Source: an uncultured Clostridia bacterium
Lineage (GTDB): Bacteria > Bacillota > Clostridia > TANB77 > CAG-508
Length of the DNA stretch: 64,000 nucleotides
NCBI GenBank assembly: GCA_947626605.1
Contig: CANQSV010000003.1
Location: 68,356-132,355 of the forward strand
Direction of reading: 5' to 3'
Shown here: positions 10,402 to 20,609 of the stretch, piece after piece
Layout of the letters: each line of letters starts with the position of its first letter
How positions within the stretch are numbered: the first letter of the stretch is position 1
The notes under the pieces: generated by a model
The model's input: only the letters and a program-made list of their open reading frames with translations
Told to the model about the DNA's origin: nothing
Database searches by the model: none
Translations under genes and position numbers: made by a program

Positions 10402-11208
10402 TTATAACACATCTGGTATTTCTTTTCTGAATTTTTTATAACTCCAAATTGCTAATATCCACATAATTATTGTTGCAATTGCAAAATACATAAATCTTTT
10501 TGGTTGCTCCCAGAACCAAATTCCTTCAATAAAACAACTTCTAAATCCATTTACTATATAAGTTACAGGATTTAATCTTAATAATTTTTTTAGCCATAAG
10601 ATTTGAATTCCTTCTGAATTCCATAATATTCCTGATAGCCATAATACAGCAGGAATAAATGACTTAACTAGATTTGCAAAATCTTTACTAATTGCTGCAA
10701 TATTAGCAGCAAATAAAGCCCATCCCGTAAAAAGTATAAAAGAAAAAAGAATAAATATTGGTATCTGTAAATAATATATTGTTGGTTTGAATCCAAAGGC
10801 CATGAAAATTATTATTGCAATAACTAATAATATCGTATTTATTATCATCTTTGAGAGACTTACAAAAGTCGATATAGTTGATACTGGAAATTTCATTTTT
10901 GTAATTAAATAGCTGTATTTTCTAAAGCAGTCTGTTCCTTGTGATAACATATCACTTATGTAAAACCATGGTATTATTCCTGCTATTAACCATAAAAAGA
11001 ATGGAAAACCGTTTACTGGCTTTGAAGCTCTAATTCCAATTTCAAAGGCAAACCAATATACAAATATTGTTACTGTTGGTTTTATTATTGCCCAAGACCA
11101 ACCTAAAGCTGCTCCTCTATATGTTTTTGCTATATCTGCCTTTGCTAGTTTTATTATTTGCCTTCTATATTCAATATGAGCTTTAATTATTTCTATTAGA
11201 GTTTTCAT
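10402..11208 (-). CDS. tagG: Teichoic acid export ABC transporter permease (ABC-2 type)
   Basis: 268 aa, 6 TM ABC-2 permease (YRGAALGWSWAIIKP...), located in the WTA locus. Confidence 0.85.
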   Translation of the reverse strand: MKTLIEIIKAHIEYRRQIIKLAKADIAKTYRGAALGWSWAIIKPTVTIFVYWFAFEIGIRASKPVNGFPFFLWLIAGIIPWFYISDMLSQGTDCFRKYSYLITKMKFPVSTISTFVSLSKMIINTILLVIAIIIFMAFGFKPTIYYLQIPIFILFSFILFTGWALFAANIAAISKDFANLVKSFIPAVLWLSGILWNSEGIQILWLKKLLRLNPVTYIVNGFRSCFIEGIWFWEQPKRFMYFAIATIIMWILAIWSYKKFRKEIPDVL

Positions 11209-11221
11209 ATGTATTCTCCTC

Positions 11222-11659
11222 TTATATTTTTGGTGTTGGTATTTGATTCACTTCATTTTTTGGTACTTGAAGTTTTAAGTCTCTTTTTATTTTTGTTGTA
11301 GATATTCCTTCTGTTCTTGGAAGATATACTACTTCGCAGTAATCTTTTAGAATTTCAAATTTTTCATTGCCTGTCCAATCATCTCCCATAACAACTGTAT
11401 CTACATAATAGTTTTTAACATCATCTATTTTTTGTTCCCAGTTATTTTCTGGTATAACTAAATCTACATATCTTATTGCTTCTAGCATTTTTTTTCTAGT
11501 TTCGTAATTGTGATATGCTTTTTTATGTTTTATTGCATTAAATTCATCTGTAGATAGTGCTACTATTAAATAATCTCCTAACTCTTTTGCTCTTTTTAAT
11601 ATTCTTATATGTCCATAATGTAATAAATCAAATGTTCCATATGTTAATATTCTTTTCAT
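11222..11659 (-). CDS. tagD: Glycerol-3-phosphate cytidylyltransferase
   Basis: 145 aa. GTFDLLHYGHIRIL (HxGH) and RTEGISTT motifs of the TagD/cytidylyltransferase family. Confidence 0.92.
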   Translation of the reverse strand: MKRILTYGTFDLLHYGHIRILKRAKELGDYLIVALSTDEFNAIKHKKAYHNYETRKKMLEAIRYVDLVIPENNWEQKIDDVKNYYVDTVVMGDDWTGNEKFEILKDYCEVVYLPRTEGISTTKIKRDLKLQVPKNEVNQIPTPKI

Positions 11660-11692
11660 AATCTTTCCTTTCTTAAAATATGATATTAATAT

Positions 11693-14152
11693 CTATTTTA
11701 CTATACTATGAAATTCTTTTTCTGCTTTTTTATTGAATTCTTCTGAATTAAATTTTTTAATTTTAGTTATTTTTCCATTTTTAAAATCTTTCAATCCATT
11801 GGCTAAACCTTCGATTGAATTTTCTACCAAATAACCATATCCTTTTTCTAAAAATTCTCTAGGACCTATAATGTTTGTAGATATTACTGTTTTTCCCAAT
11901 ATTAAAGCTTCCATTATTGTCATTGGTAATCCCTCATATATAGATGATAATACAAAAGCATTACACTTATTTAAAATAGGATACGGATTCATTATTGATT
12001 TTATAATTATTACATTTTCTATTTTTACAGTTCCATCTGCTTTTTGTATCATACTTAATATGTTTTTAAATTCTTTACCATATCCACCGATTATTATTAA
12101 ATATGCTTTTTTATCATTTTCTGTTCTATAATTATCAAAAGCCTTTATTAGTCTATCTAATCCCTTTTCTTTTGAAAATCTAGCTATATTGATAAATTTT
12201 GTAATTTCTTTATCATTCAGAATTCTGTTTAATTCTTCAATTTCCACGTTACAATATGTAGAATCTTGAAATTCCACTTCTTTTTGGGCTTTTTCTTTTA
12301 TCCCTTCTATATCATTAATATTATGAACTACTACAATATTTTCTTGTTGAGAACTTTTTATGTACTTTTTTAATTCTTCTTTCATACTTTCTCTTACTAC
12401 AACTATTTTATCAAATGTATTGTATGAATTTTTTAATGAATTCTTATGAAAATTACCCTTTAACTTTTCTTCTTTATACATATTATTATGTGCCCAAATA
12501 ATTTTTTTTGTATTCATGCTAGAAATCATATGCATAATATTAGATTCATATCCCGAAAAATGTATTGCATATTCGAAATCTAAGTTTGGATAAATTCTTT
12601 TTATTTCTCTATCAAAAATGTTCTTTATTTTTTTTCTAATAAATTTTGTATTCAATTCACATTTAAAATATAAAAAATGGCATAAAGCTTCTGAAAAAGT
12701 CATATTTTTCTGACCTTGAATTACAAGGTAATCATAATCCTTTTCCACAAATTCTTTAACATAATCCAAATTATTTTTTACTTTGTTTTTATAAAAAGTA
12801 ATTAAATAATTTTTATTATCTTTTCTATTTACACTATCTATTAAACTATTAAAAGCTGTTGTTATACCATTTTTATTTAATACTCCTGGGAACATTAAAA
12901 CATTCTTTTTACCATTAGCGAAACTCTCACCTTCAATTACTTCAATACTTGAGTCTAATTGTTTTTTTAATATATAATTACAAATCTTTTTTGACGCATT
13001 AATGTCATCATATGCTATATAGTGATTCATTTTCTTAGAATAGTCTTGATAAATATCTATGTTATTAATTTCATTAATTAATTCTATAGAATTATATGTT
13101 AATGCAAAAGGTAATGATTTAAAATCTAAGTACATTCCTCTTTCAGCCATATACTTATCTAAATCATATGCATATAAAATTATCTTTTTTTTGGTATTCA
13201 TAAAATCAAAAAACACACTAGAATAATCTGTAATTAAACAATCTGCTATATTCAAAAATTCATATGTTTCATATTCATGTGGTATTTCTTTTATTTTGTT
13301 TAATTTATTCAAATCTAAAGTTTGTTTTACATAGTTATGCAGTTTTACATAAACAACTATATTATCATTTAATTTTGCTTCCATTTCATAAATTGCTTGT
13401 TTTATATAAGCCATTTGCTGATCCACATTTTTTGTTTCTAAAGTTCCTTTCCATGTTGGCATAAAAACTGCTATTTTCTTATTCTCTAACTTATACTTTT
13501 TTATTATTTGCTTCTTTTTTTCTTCATCAAAAAAAGCTTCATTTCGTGGATATCCTGATATTAAATATTTTCCTTTGAAAAGATTATCTAACATGTAATC
13601 TTTTTTCATTCTTTCAAAAGTAAATTTATTTGGATAAAGCAAATAATCTGCCATCATAAAATTTCTTTGCGTATTTCCTATTTCATTTGGTGCAGCTTTT
13701 ATTCTTTTTCCTAAAGTTTTTAATGGTGTTCCATGCCATGTATTAAGATAAATTTGTCCTTCTTTCTTTATAAAATATACTGGAAATGTTGAATTATTTA
13801 TAAGATAACTAGCGGTTGCTAAAATTTTACAATATTTTGCTGAATGAATTTTTACAACTTCAACATTTTTCCAACCGTTTCGTTCTATCTGCTCTTTTAT
13901 TACATTCTCTGAAAGTACCCTATCTACTACTACTTTTCTATATTCTTCATATTCTGGATTTTCACATAATTCTTTTAATAAATAATATGGATTACCTGAT
14001 ATACTGCTACCATCATAAGATTGAATCAATATTAATTTTTCTTCAATAGGTAGTTTCTCATAATACTTTGTATAAGTAAATTTTGCTCTGAAATCTCCCC
14101 TTCGTATGTATCTATCAAGGTTCTTCTTTATAGTGTTCAAAATTTTGTTCAT
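11693..14152 (-). CDS. Fusion protein: CDP-glycerol glycerophosphotransferase (TagF family) + GT4 (group 1) glycosyltransferase
   Basis: 819 aa. The N-terminal half has TagF motifs (NTWHGTPLKTLGK, ITDYSSVFFDF). The C-terminal half has a GT-B/GT4 E-x7-E type region (SSIYEGLPMTIMEALILGKTVIST). Confidence 0.8.
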   Translation of the reverse strand: MNKILNTIKKNLDRYIRRGDFRAKFTYTKYYEKLPIEEKLILIQSYDGSSISGNPYYLLKELCENPEYEEYRKVVVDRVLSENVIKEQIERNGWKNVEVVKIHSAKYCKILATASYLINNSTFPVYFIKKEGQIYLNTWHGTPLKTLGKRIKAAPNEIGNTQRNFMMADYLLYPNKFTFERMKKDYMLDNLFKGKYLISGYPRNEAFFDEEKKKQIIKKYKLENKKIAVFMPTWKGTLETKNVDQQMAYIKQAIYEMEAKLNDNIVVYVKLHNYVKQTLDLNKLNKIKEIPHEYETYEFLNIADCLITDYSSVFFDFMNTKKKIILYAYDLDKYMAERGMYLDFKSLPFALTYNSIELINEINNIDIYQDYSKKMNHYIAYDDINASKKICNYILKKQLDSSIEVIEGESFANGKKNVLMFPGVLNKNGITTAFNSLIDSVNRKDNKNYLITFYKNKVKNNLDYVKEFVEKDYDYLVIQGQKNMTFSEALCHFLYFKCELNTKFIRKKIKNIFDREIKRIYPNLDFEYAIHFSGYESNIMHMISSMNTKKIIWAHNNMYKEEKLKGNFHKNSLKNSYNTFDKIVVVRESMKEELKKYIKSSQQENIVVVHNINDIEGIKEKAQKEVEFQDSTYCNVEIEELNRILNDKEITKFINIARFSKEKGLDRLIKAFDNYRTENDKKAYLIIIGGYGKEFKNILSMIQKADGTVKIENVIIIKSIMNPYPILNKCNAFVLSSIYEGLPMTIMEALILGKTVISTNIIGPREFLEKGYGYLVENSIEGLANGLKDFKNGKITKIKKFNSEEFNKKAEKEFHSIVK

Positions 14153-14179
14153 TGCTTGATTCCTCTTTTCTGTATTGTA

Positions 14180-15433
14180 CTACTCTTTATTGATAATTTT
14201 TTCTATTACCCTTTTACTTGCATTTCCATCATCTAAATAATTATATGTTTCATTGAATTGTTTATATTTTTCATCATATTTAAAGCTCTTTGTTAAATCT
14301 TCTATTTTATTAATTAGTTCATCTTCTGTTCTTACTATTGGACCTGGTAATTCACTTATGTCAAAATAAAATCCTCTAATGTCATCTCTATAAGCTTCTA
14401 AGTCATACATATAAAAAATTATTGGTCTTTTTAAATTTGCATAATCAAAGAATACACTTGAATAGTCTGTTATTAATATATCTGATATAATGTACAATTC
14501 ATTTATATCATCAACCTTTGAAACATCATATATGAAATTAGAATATTTGTCAAACTTAAAAGAATTAGAAACTAGATAATGTGCTCTAAATAAAATAATA
14601 TAATCTTTTTCTAGTTTTTGCTTCATTTTATCAAAATCTACTTCTGTTTTATATGTATATCCAACAGTAGCTGTATGTTGATTATCTCTCCATGTTGGTG
14701 CATACAAAATTATTTTTCTATTGTCATTTTCTAGTCCTAGTTTTTTCTTAATTTCTTTTACATCAGCATCAGTATAATTATATAAGAAATCATTTCTTGG
14801 ATATCCTTGTTCTATAATAACATTTTCCTTATTGAATTCTTTTAAGTTCCACGCAGATATAAATTTTTCACTTGCAAATTTTGATGGTGATATAAAATAT
14901 TTGAATTTTTTAGCATCTAATTCATATTTTTTCCTTATTTCATTTCTAGAATTCATTGCATTATCTGTATGTTCTAAATCATATCCCAATCTTTTTAGTG
15001 GAGTTCCATGCCAACATTGTATAAATATTTGATTTTCTTTTGGGAAAATATAATCCCTTGGTCTATAGTTAAAAATCCAGTACTTAGCAGATGCCAAATA
15101 CTTTTGATATTCTTTACTCATAAATTTTACTATTATTGTATTATCGTTATCTGCTATTTTTTTATGTTCTTCTAAATCCTTAAATCCCCATACAAAAGTA
15201 TAATTTTTGAATTTCTCATCTTTAAGCATTTGTTCATAAATGGCTTTCGGACTACATGAATATGATTTACCATTAAATGCTGTAAATATTATTAATTTAT
15301 CATCAACTTTTGTTCCTAATGAATTGAATTTATATTGAATTTTTCGTTTAAGATTTCTTAATCCTCTAACACACTTTCTTAAAATCACATTTTTTTTTGC
15401 GGTATCGAGTATAATTTTTTTTAAATTTCCCAT
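14180..15433 (-). CDS. CDP-glycerol glycerophosphotransferase (TagB/TagF family)
   Basis: 417 aa with motifs QCWHGTPLKRLG and ITDYSSVFFDYANL. Confidence 0.85.
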   Translation of the reverse strand: MGNLKKIILDTAKKNVILRKCVRGLRNLKRKIQYKFNSLGTKVDDKLIIFTAFNGKSYSCSPKAIYEQMLKDEKFKNYTFVWGFKDLEEHKKIADNDNTIIVKFMSKEYQKYLASAKYWIFNYRPRDYIFPKENQIFIQCWHGTPLKRLGYDLEHTDNAMNSRNEIRKKYELDAKKFKYFISPSKFASEKFISAWNLKEFNKENVIIEQGYPRNDFLYNYTDADVKEIKKKLGLENDNRKIILYAPTWRDNQHTATVGYTYKTEVDFDKMKQKLEKDYIILFRAHYLVSNSFKFDKYSNFIYDVSKVDDINELYIISDILITDYSSVFFDYANLKRPIIFYMYDLEAYRDDIRGFYFDISELPGPIVRTEDELINKIEDLTKSFKYDEKYKQFNETYNYLDDGNASKRVIEKIINKE

Positions 15434-15437
15434 TATA

Positions 15438-16559
15438 TCACCTTTTTAGATTTTTTAAAATAAATTCTACAATTTTGTTAGTGTTATTTGTGTTCTTTGT
15501 TTCTATATATTTGTTTACAAATTTATTTAGTTCTTCATAATTATATTTATCACTTTCTATTTTGTTTATAATATTTTTTGCTTCTTTTGAAGTCGATGAT
15601 GACATTTCTTCAAATAAATTTATATTTAAGCCCCTATTTTCTTGATATTCTTCAATATCATATAAATAAAAATATGTTGGTTTGTTTTTTATGGCTGCTT
15701 CAAAAGCTATTGCAGAATAATCCGTTATTATGTAGTCTGCTACATCAAGCCAATCAATTGAACTGTATTTGTTATCAACGATACAACCTTCGCTATCTTC
15801 TATCTTTTCAGATGGGTGCTTTTTTATAATTAAATTATACTTGTCCATATTGACAGATTTTATTAAGTCTTCAGTTTTTATTTGCTGATTTTTTCTAAAA
15901 GTTGGTACATATAATATATTTTTTTTGTTTTTTAATTCTGGATAATCATTTAATATATTTGATATAATACTATCATTTTGTTTTAGTAAATAATCTATCC
16001 TAGGCATTCCCATTATTAAAATTTTTTCCTTGTCAACATTAAATGCTTTTTGATAAAAAATTTTAGTTGCATTACTTGGAGCTATTATATATGTATAATT
16101 TTTATGCATATTCATAATATCCGATATATCTTTATCTCTCCCTTCTTTTGTTCCAAGAGATTGATATCCAAATTTTTTGATAGCCCCTAAAGCATGCCAT
16201 ATTTGTATTACTACTAGTTCTTTTCTTTGTTTTAATATCGAAACAGGAATAGAATATCCATCTATTATACAAACTTTTGAATTTGCTAAATTAGCCATAA
16301 TTTTTAACATATAAATACCGTAGCTTAATTTTTTTACAATTCCTTTTTTTATTGTTTTACAAAATATTTTTATTTCAATTGTTGGATCTTGACTTCTTAT
16401 TTCTTCTTCAATCATTTTGAAGTCAAGTGATGGATAATCTACCTGTCTGCTTATTAATATAACTTTATTTTTCAATTTACATTTTTTCATGAAAAAATAC
16501 ATTACATTTAAAAAGCATTTCATTATAACTATTAAAATTTTTATCAAAGACTTTTTCAT
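15438..16559 (-). CDS. CDP-glycerol glycerophosphotransferase family protein (TagB/TagF-like)
   Basis: Motifs IWHALGAIKKFG and ITDYSAIAFEAA. Start placed at ATG 16559 (MKKSLIK, preceded by GAAGGA) rather than the track start at 16586. Confidence 0.75.
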   Translation of the reverse strand: MKKSLIKILIVIMKCFLNVMYFFMKKCKLKNKVILISRQVDYPSLDFKMIEEEIRSQDPTIEIKIFCKTIKKGIVKKLSYGIYMLKIMANLANSKVCIIDGYSIPVSILKQRKELVVIQIWHALGAIKKFGYQSLGTKEGRDKDISDIMNMHKNYTYIIAPSNATKIFYQKAFNVDKEKILIMGMPRIDYLLKQNDSIISNILNDYPELKNKKNILYVPTFRKNQQIKTEDLIKSVNMDKYNLIIKKHPSEKIEDSEGCIVDNKYSSIDWLDVADYIITDYSAIAFEAAIKNKPTYFYLYDIEEYQENRGLNINLFEEMSSSTSKEAKNIINKIESDKYNYEELNKFVNKYIETKNTNNTNKIVEFILKNLKR

Positions 16560-16613
16560 ATATATTCCTTCTATATAATAATTCATTTATTATATATTTT
16601 TCATTATTATTGC

Positions 16614-19196
16614 TTATTCTGTTCTTAAAGCTTCTACAGGATCTTTTTTAGCAGCCATCTTTGCAGGTATTAATCCTGCAACTACTGTTAGTACCATACT
16701 TATGATTATTAATGCTATAGCTCCTACTGTTGGCAATTTTGCTAGATTTGAAACGTCAGCTAGTGCTTTAATTATTGAATTTGCTGGTATCAATAACAAT
16801 AATGTAACTCCAATTCCTATTGCTCCTGCTAATACACCAACAATAAATGTTTCTGCATTGAACACTCTTGAAATGTCTTTCTTTGATGCTCCTATACTTC
16901 TTAGTATTCCTATTTCTTTAATTCTTTCTAGAACAGAAATATATGTTATAATTCCAATCATAATTGATGAAACTACTAAGCTTATTCCAACAAATGCAAT
17001 TAATACATAGCTTATCATATCAACAATAGATGTTACCGCATTTAGCATTATTCCTATATAATCTGTGTATACAAGTTTATCTTCTTCTTTACCAGCATCA
17101 ATCATTTTTTGATTATAATCTTCTATTTCATCACTAATTAAATTTTTTGTTTCAAAATCTTTTGGATAAATGCTTATCATTGATGGATCATCTAAATCAA
17201 CTATCCCTAATTTTTTTAAATTATCTTCATATGTTGCACCATATGTATCAGAATAATTTGCCATAAATTCAGCTAATTCTTCTTGTGATAGTGATGCTAA
17301 ATAGGCTTTTTGCTCATCTGTTAATTTTGAATAATCTGCTTTTTTACTATCAACAAACTTAGTACCAGTAAATACATTAATTTTTTTGTTTTTTAACTGT
17401 TCTTTTGCTATATCAGTTTCATTTATTTTATTAATTACATATTCTGTTAAAGCATGTGTATATCCTACATTTCCAGCAATTGATGTAGATGTAGCTTCTG
17501 AATTTTGTTTTATAATTCCTACTACTTTAATTTCTATGGCATTATCTAATTTTTTGTTTAGATATTTTTCATCATTTTCCTTATTTATCCACATATCGCT
17601 TTCTTTTTTATAATAGTCTGTATTTAATAAAACTTTGTACTTCAAATTTAACAATTCATCATATGTATATGTACTTACTTCTGCCTCTTCTACTTTTTCA
17701 CCCTTTAGTAATTTTTTATATGCTTTATTAAACTCATCTACATCTTTTAAACCTAAAGCATATAAAGAGTAGTCTGTTATTTTATTATTATCATCTACTT
17801 TTATAACAATTTCATTATAAGCCTTTGGCCATCTTCCTGCTAATAAATCAAATTGTGATTCTAGCAAGTTTTGATTATCAAGCATTTCTTCCCAAACATT
17901 TGCATTCATCATCGTTTCAGGAGTCATATTGCTGTTAGTACCATATATTTCATCAAAAACTTTTGTTGGTTGAACCTGCTCATAATTTCCATCATCTTGT
18001 TTTTTATATATATTTAAATCTAGATTATAACTATATTTTATAGCTGTACTATTTTCTTTTATTTTACTTTCATCACTTTCAATATATTTTTTAAATTTTT
18101 CTAGATTATTTTCTGTACGTTCTGCTGATAAAGTTTCCATTAAATCCATCATTATATTTTGTGATGTTACAACATTTTCTTTTGTTTCTTCATCTGTTGT
18201 TTGTTTTTCATTGCTTTCTTGCATTTCTTCAATCATTGATCCCATATCTACGGTAGTTGATTCAATTGTAATTGGATATGATGATAAAGTATCTTCTTGT
18301 ACTTTTTGAATATATTTATCTACACCATTTGATAATGATAATATTGATGCAATTCCTATAATTCCTATACTTCCTGCAAAGGCTGTTAGGAATGTTCTTC
18401 CTTTTTTTGTTAATAAATTATTTAAACTAAGAGATAAAGCTGTAAGAAAACTCATATGTGTTTTTTTCATTTCTTTTGCTTTTGCCTGTGCATTTTCTAC
18501 TTCTTTTTCTGAAGCAGAATATGGATTTGAATCATCTGTAATTTTGCCATCTAGTAATCTAACAATTCTTGTTGAATACTCCTGAGCAAGTTCTGGATTA
18601 TGAGTTACCATTATTACTAATCTATCTTTAGCAATTTTTTTTAATAAATCCATTATTTGAACGGATGTAGCTGTATCTAATGCACCTGTAGGCTCATCAG
18701 CTAATAGTATATCTGGATTACCTACTAGAGCCCTTGCAATTGCAACTCTTTGCATTTGTCCACCTGATAATTGATTTGGTTTTTTATGTATTTGCTCTCC
18801 TAATCCTACTTCTTTTAATGCATTAATAGCTCTTTTTCTTCTCTCTTTTTTTCCAATACCTGCTAAAGTTAATGCTAATTCAACATTTGAAAGTATAGAT
18901 TGATGACTTATAAGGTTATAGTTTTGAAAAACAAAACCAATTGAATGATTTCTGTATGTATCCCAATCTCTGTCTTTAAATTTTTTAGTTGATTTACCAT
19001 TTATAATTAAATCACCAGTTGTGTATTGATCCAATCCACCTATAATATTAAGTAGTGTTGTCTTTCCACAACCACTTTGCCCAAGTATTGATACAAATTC
19101 ATTTTCTCTAAATTCAATATCTATTCCTTTTAGAGCTTGAACTTTTCTGTTATCATCATTACCATATGTTTTTGTAATATTCTTTAGTTGCAGCAT
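16614..19196 (-). CDS. MacB-type fused ABC transporter (N-terminal ATPase + FtsX-type permease with very large extracytoplasmic domain)
   Basis: 860 aa with Walker A GQSGCGKTT, LSGGQMQRVAIARAL and LLADEPTGALD. These are followed by TM1, a ~430 aa hydrophilic region, and a C-terminal 3-TM FtsX domain. Confidence 0.85.
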   Translation of the reverse strand: MLQLKNITKTYGNDDNRKVQALKGIDIEFRENEFVSILGQSGCGKTTLLNIIGGLDQYTTGDLIINGKSTKKFKDRDWDTYRNHSIGFVFQNYNLISHQSILSNVELALTLAGIGKKERRKRAINALKEVGLGEQIHKKPNQLSGGQMQRVAIARALVGNPDILLADEPTGALDTATSVQIMDLLKKIAKDRLVIMVTHNPELAQEYSTRIVRLLDGKITDDSNPYSASEKEVENAQAKAKEMKKTHMSFLTALSLSLNNLLTKKGRTFLTAFAGSIGIIGIASILSLSNGVDKYIQKVQEDTLSSYPITIESTTVDMGSMIEEMQESNEKQTTDEETKENVVTSQNIMMDLMETLSAERTENNLEKFKKYIESDESKIKENSTAIKYSYNLDLNIYKKQDDGNYEQVQPTKVFDEIYGTNSNMTPETMMNANVWEEMLDNQNLLESQFDLLAGRWPKAYNEIVIKVDDNNKITDYSLYALGLKDVDEFNKAYKKLLKGEKVEEAEVSTYTYDELLNLKYKVLLNTDYYKKESDMWINKENDEKYLNKKLDNAIEIKVVGIIKQNSEATSTSIAGNVGYTHALTEYVINKINETDIAKEQLKNKKINVFTGTKFVDSKKADYSKLTDEQKAYLASLSQEELAEFMANYSDTYGATYEDNLKKLGIVDLDDPSMISIYPKDFETKNLISDEIEDYNQKMIDAGKEEDKLVYTDYIGIMLNAVTSIVDMISYVLIAFVGISLVVSSIMIGIITYISVLERIKEIGILRSIGASKKDISRVFNAETFIVGVLAGAIGIGVTLLLLIPANSIIKALADVSNLAKLPTVGAIALIIISMVLTVVAGLIPAKMAAKKDPVEALRTE

Positions 19197-19450
19197 GTAT
19201 TTTGTACCTCCTATTTTTATTTTATACTGATATATATATACATTATTTTCATGTTATTGTTACTATAATTTTTTATATTATTTTTGTTATTTTTTGTGCA
19301 TAATATAATACCCTTGTATTCTATCAATTATGTGGTGGTTTGTCAATTTCCAAGAAATAAATTCTACAAATTTTATACCTATTTTTTATATTATTGGTAA
19401 TACTAAAATATATATGCAAAATCAGCATATATATTTTTAAGGAGGTATTT

Positions 19451-19648
19451 ATGAAAGTTATTAATTGTATTGCACTTACTTTAGTAATAATAGGTGCTCT
19501 TAATTGGTTGCTTGTTGGATTATTTTCTTTTAATCTTGTTGATACTTTATTTGGTGTATCTTCAATAATTTCTAGAATTGTCTATATTTTAGTAGGAATA
19601 TCTGGTATATGGTCTCTCGTATTCTACTCTAAAGTATTAGAAGACTAA
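19451..19648 (+). CDS. DUF378 family small membrane protein
   Basis: Start moved to ATG 19451, with RBS AAGGAGG 8 nt upstream. MKVINCIALTLVIIGALNWLLVGLF...is the DUF378 pattern, with two TM helices. Confidence 0.8.
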   Translation: MKVINCIALTLVIIGALNWLLVGLFSFNLVDTLFGVSSIISRIVYILVGISGIWSLVFYSKVLED

Positions 19649-19668
19649 CATAGCTCCAAAATTGAAAT

Positions 19669-19726
19669 AAAACAACATTAGTATTCTAAAAGTATTTTAT
19701 ATTACTTATCATGCTAATGTTGTTTT
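19669..19726. terminator. Putative bidirectional terminator between convergent genes
   Basis: 13-bp stem AAAACAACATTAG / CTAATGTTGTTTT with a large AT-rich loop and flanking A and T runs. Confidence 0.45.
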
Positions 19727-19738
19727 ATATAATTTTTT

Positions 19739-20536
19739 CTACATCATATTTGTATGTACTACTACTTGCTTATATGGTATTTGTATATTATTTTTATCTA
19801 ATTCAAATTTTATTATTCTATTTGCCTCTGTTCTAACTTGTAATTTTGTTTCAGGTTTGCAAAGAATTCTTATTTTATAATATAAAGCATATTCGCCAAA
19901 TTCATATAAACCTTTATATTCCGCTTCTGTAACATTTTCTATATGCTTTATATTGTTAATTATTTCTCCTATTATTTCCTCTATTTTTGCAATCGGTTCT
20001 TCATATGGTAATGGTAAATCTATATCTATTTGATTCGAAATTGTTAAAGCATCTGTTATACTTCTATTAGAAATTATTAATGTATTTCCATTATTAACAT
20101 CCTTTAATTTTGTAGATTTTAAACCTAATTCAATTACTTTGCCTTGCACTTCTCCTATTTGCAAAACATCTCCTACGGAAAAATAATCATCAACAATGAT
20201 ATTAAATCCCATTATAATATCCTTAAGAGCATCTTGAAGTGCTAGACCTGCAATTACAGATACAAGTCCTAACCCTGCTACAATTGATGTAACATTTACT
20301 CCATTTACTTGCAATACTGCAACACAAACTATTATTAAAATTACATATTTTAGAATACTATTTATTAATCTTATATATGTTCTTTTTCTATTATTTAAGT
20401 TAGGATTGTTTTTATTCTTTTCTATCATTTTTTTCATTATTCGCTTAAGTATTATATATGTTATTGTTCCAATAACTATAATAGCAATTGATATATAAAT
20501 ATTTTTGTTAGTTATAAATTCTATAATTTGTTTCAT
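19739..20536 (-). CDS. Small-conductance mechanosensitive channel (MscS family)
   Basis: 265 aa with 3 N-terminal TM segments and the pore-helix/beta-domain pattern LQDALKDIIMGFNIIVDDYFSVGDVLQIGEVQGKVIELGLKSTKLKD. Confidence 0.85.
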   Translation of the reverse strand: MKQIIEFITNKNIYISIAIIVIGTITYIILKRIMKKMIEKNKNNPNLNNRKRTYIRLINSILKYVILIIVCVAVLQVNGVNVTSIVAGLGLVSVIAGLALQDALKDIIMGFNIIVDDYFSVGDVLQIGEVQGKVIELGLKSTKLKDVNNGNTLIISNRSITDALTISNQIDIDLPLPYEEPIAKIEEIIGEIINNIKHIENVTEAEYKGLYEFGEYALYYKIRILCKPETKLQVRTEANRIIKFELDKNNIQIPYKQVVVHTNMM

Positions 20537-20609
20537 CTTTACTCCTTTTATTAATACGTTTTTTATTTAAATCCTACAGAATTCTATCATAAATGCAAAT
20601 ATTAATCAA

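Noticed and set aside
19409-19435. The hairpin ATATATATGC-aaaatca-GCATATATAT just upstream of the DUF378 RBS, as a regulatory element.
   Set aside because: It is an AT-only stem of low stability in a low-complexity region. It cannot be distinguished from chance with a single sequence.
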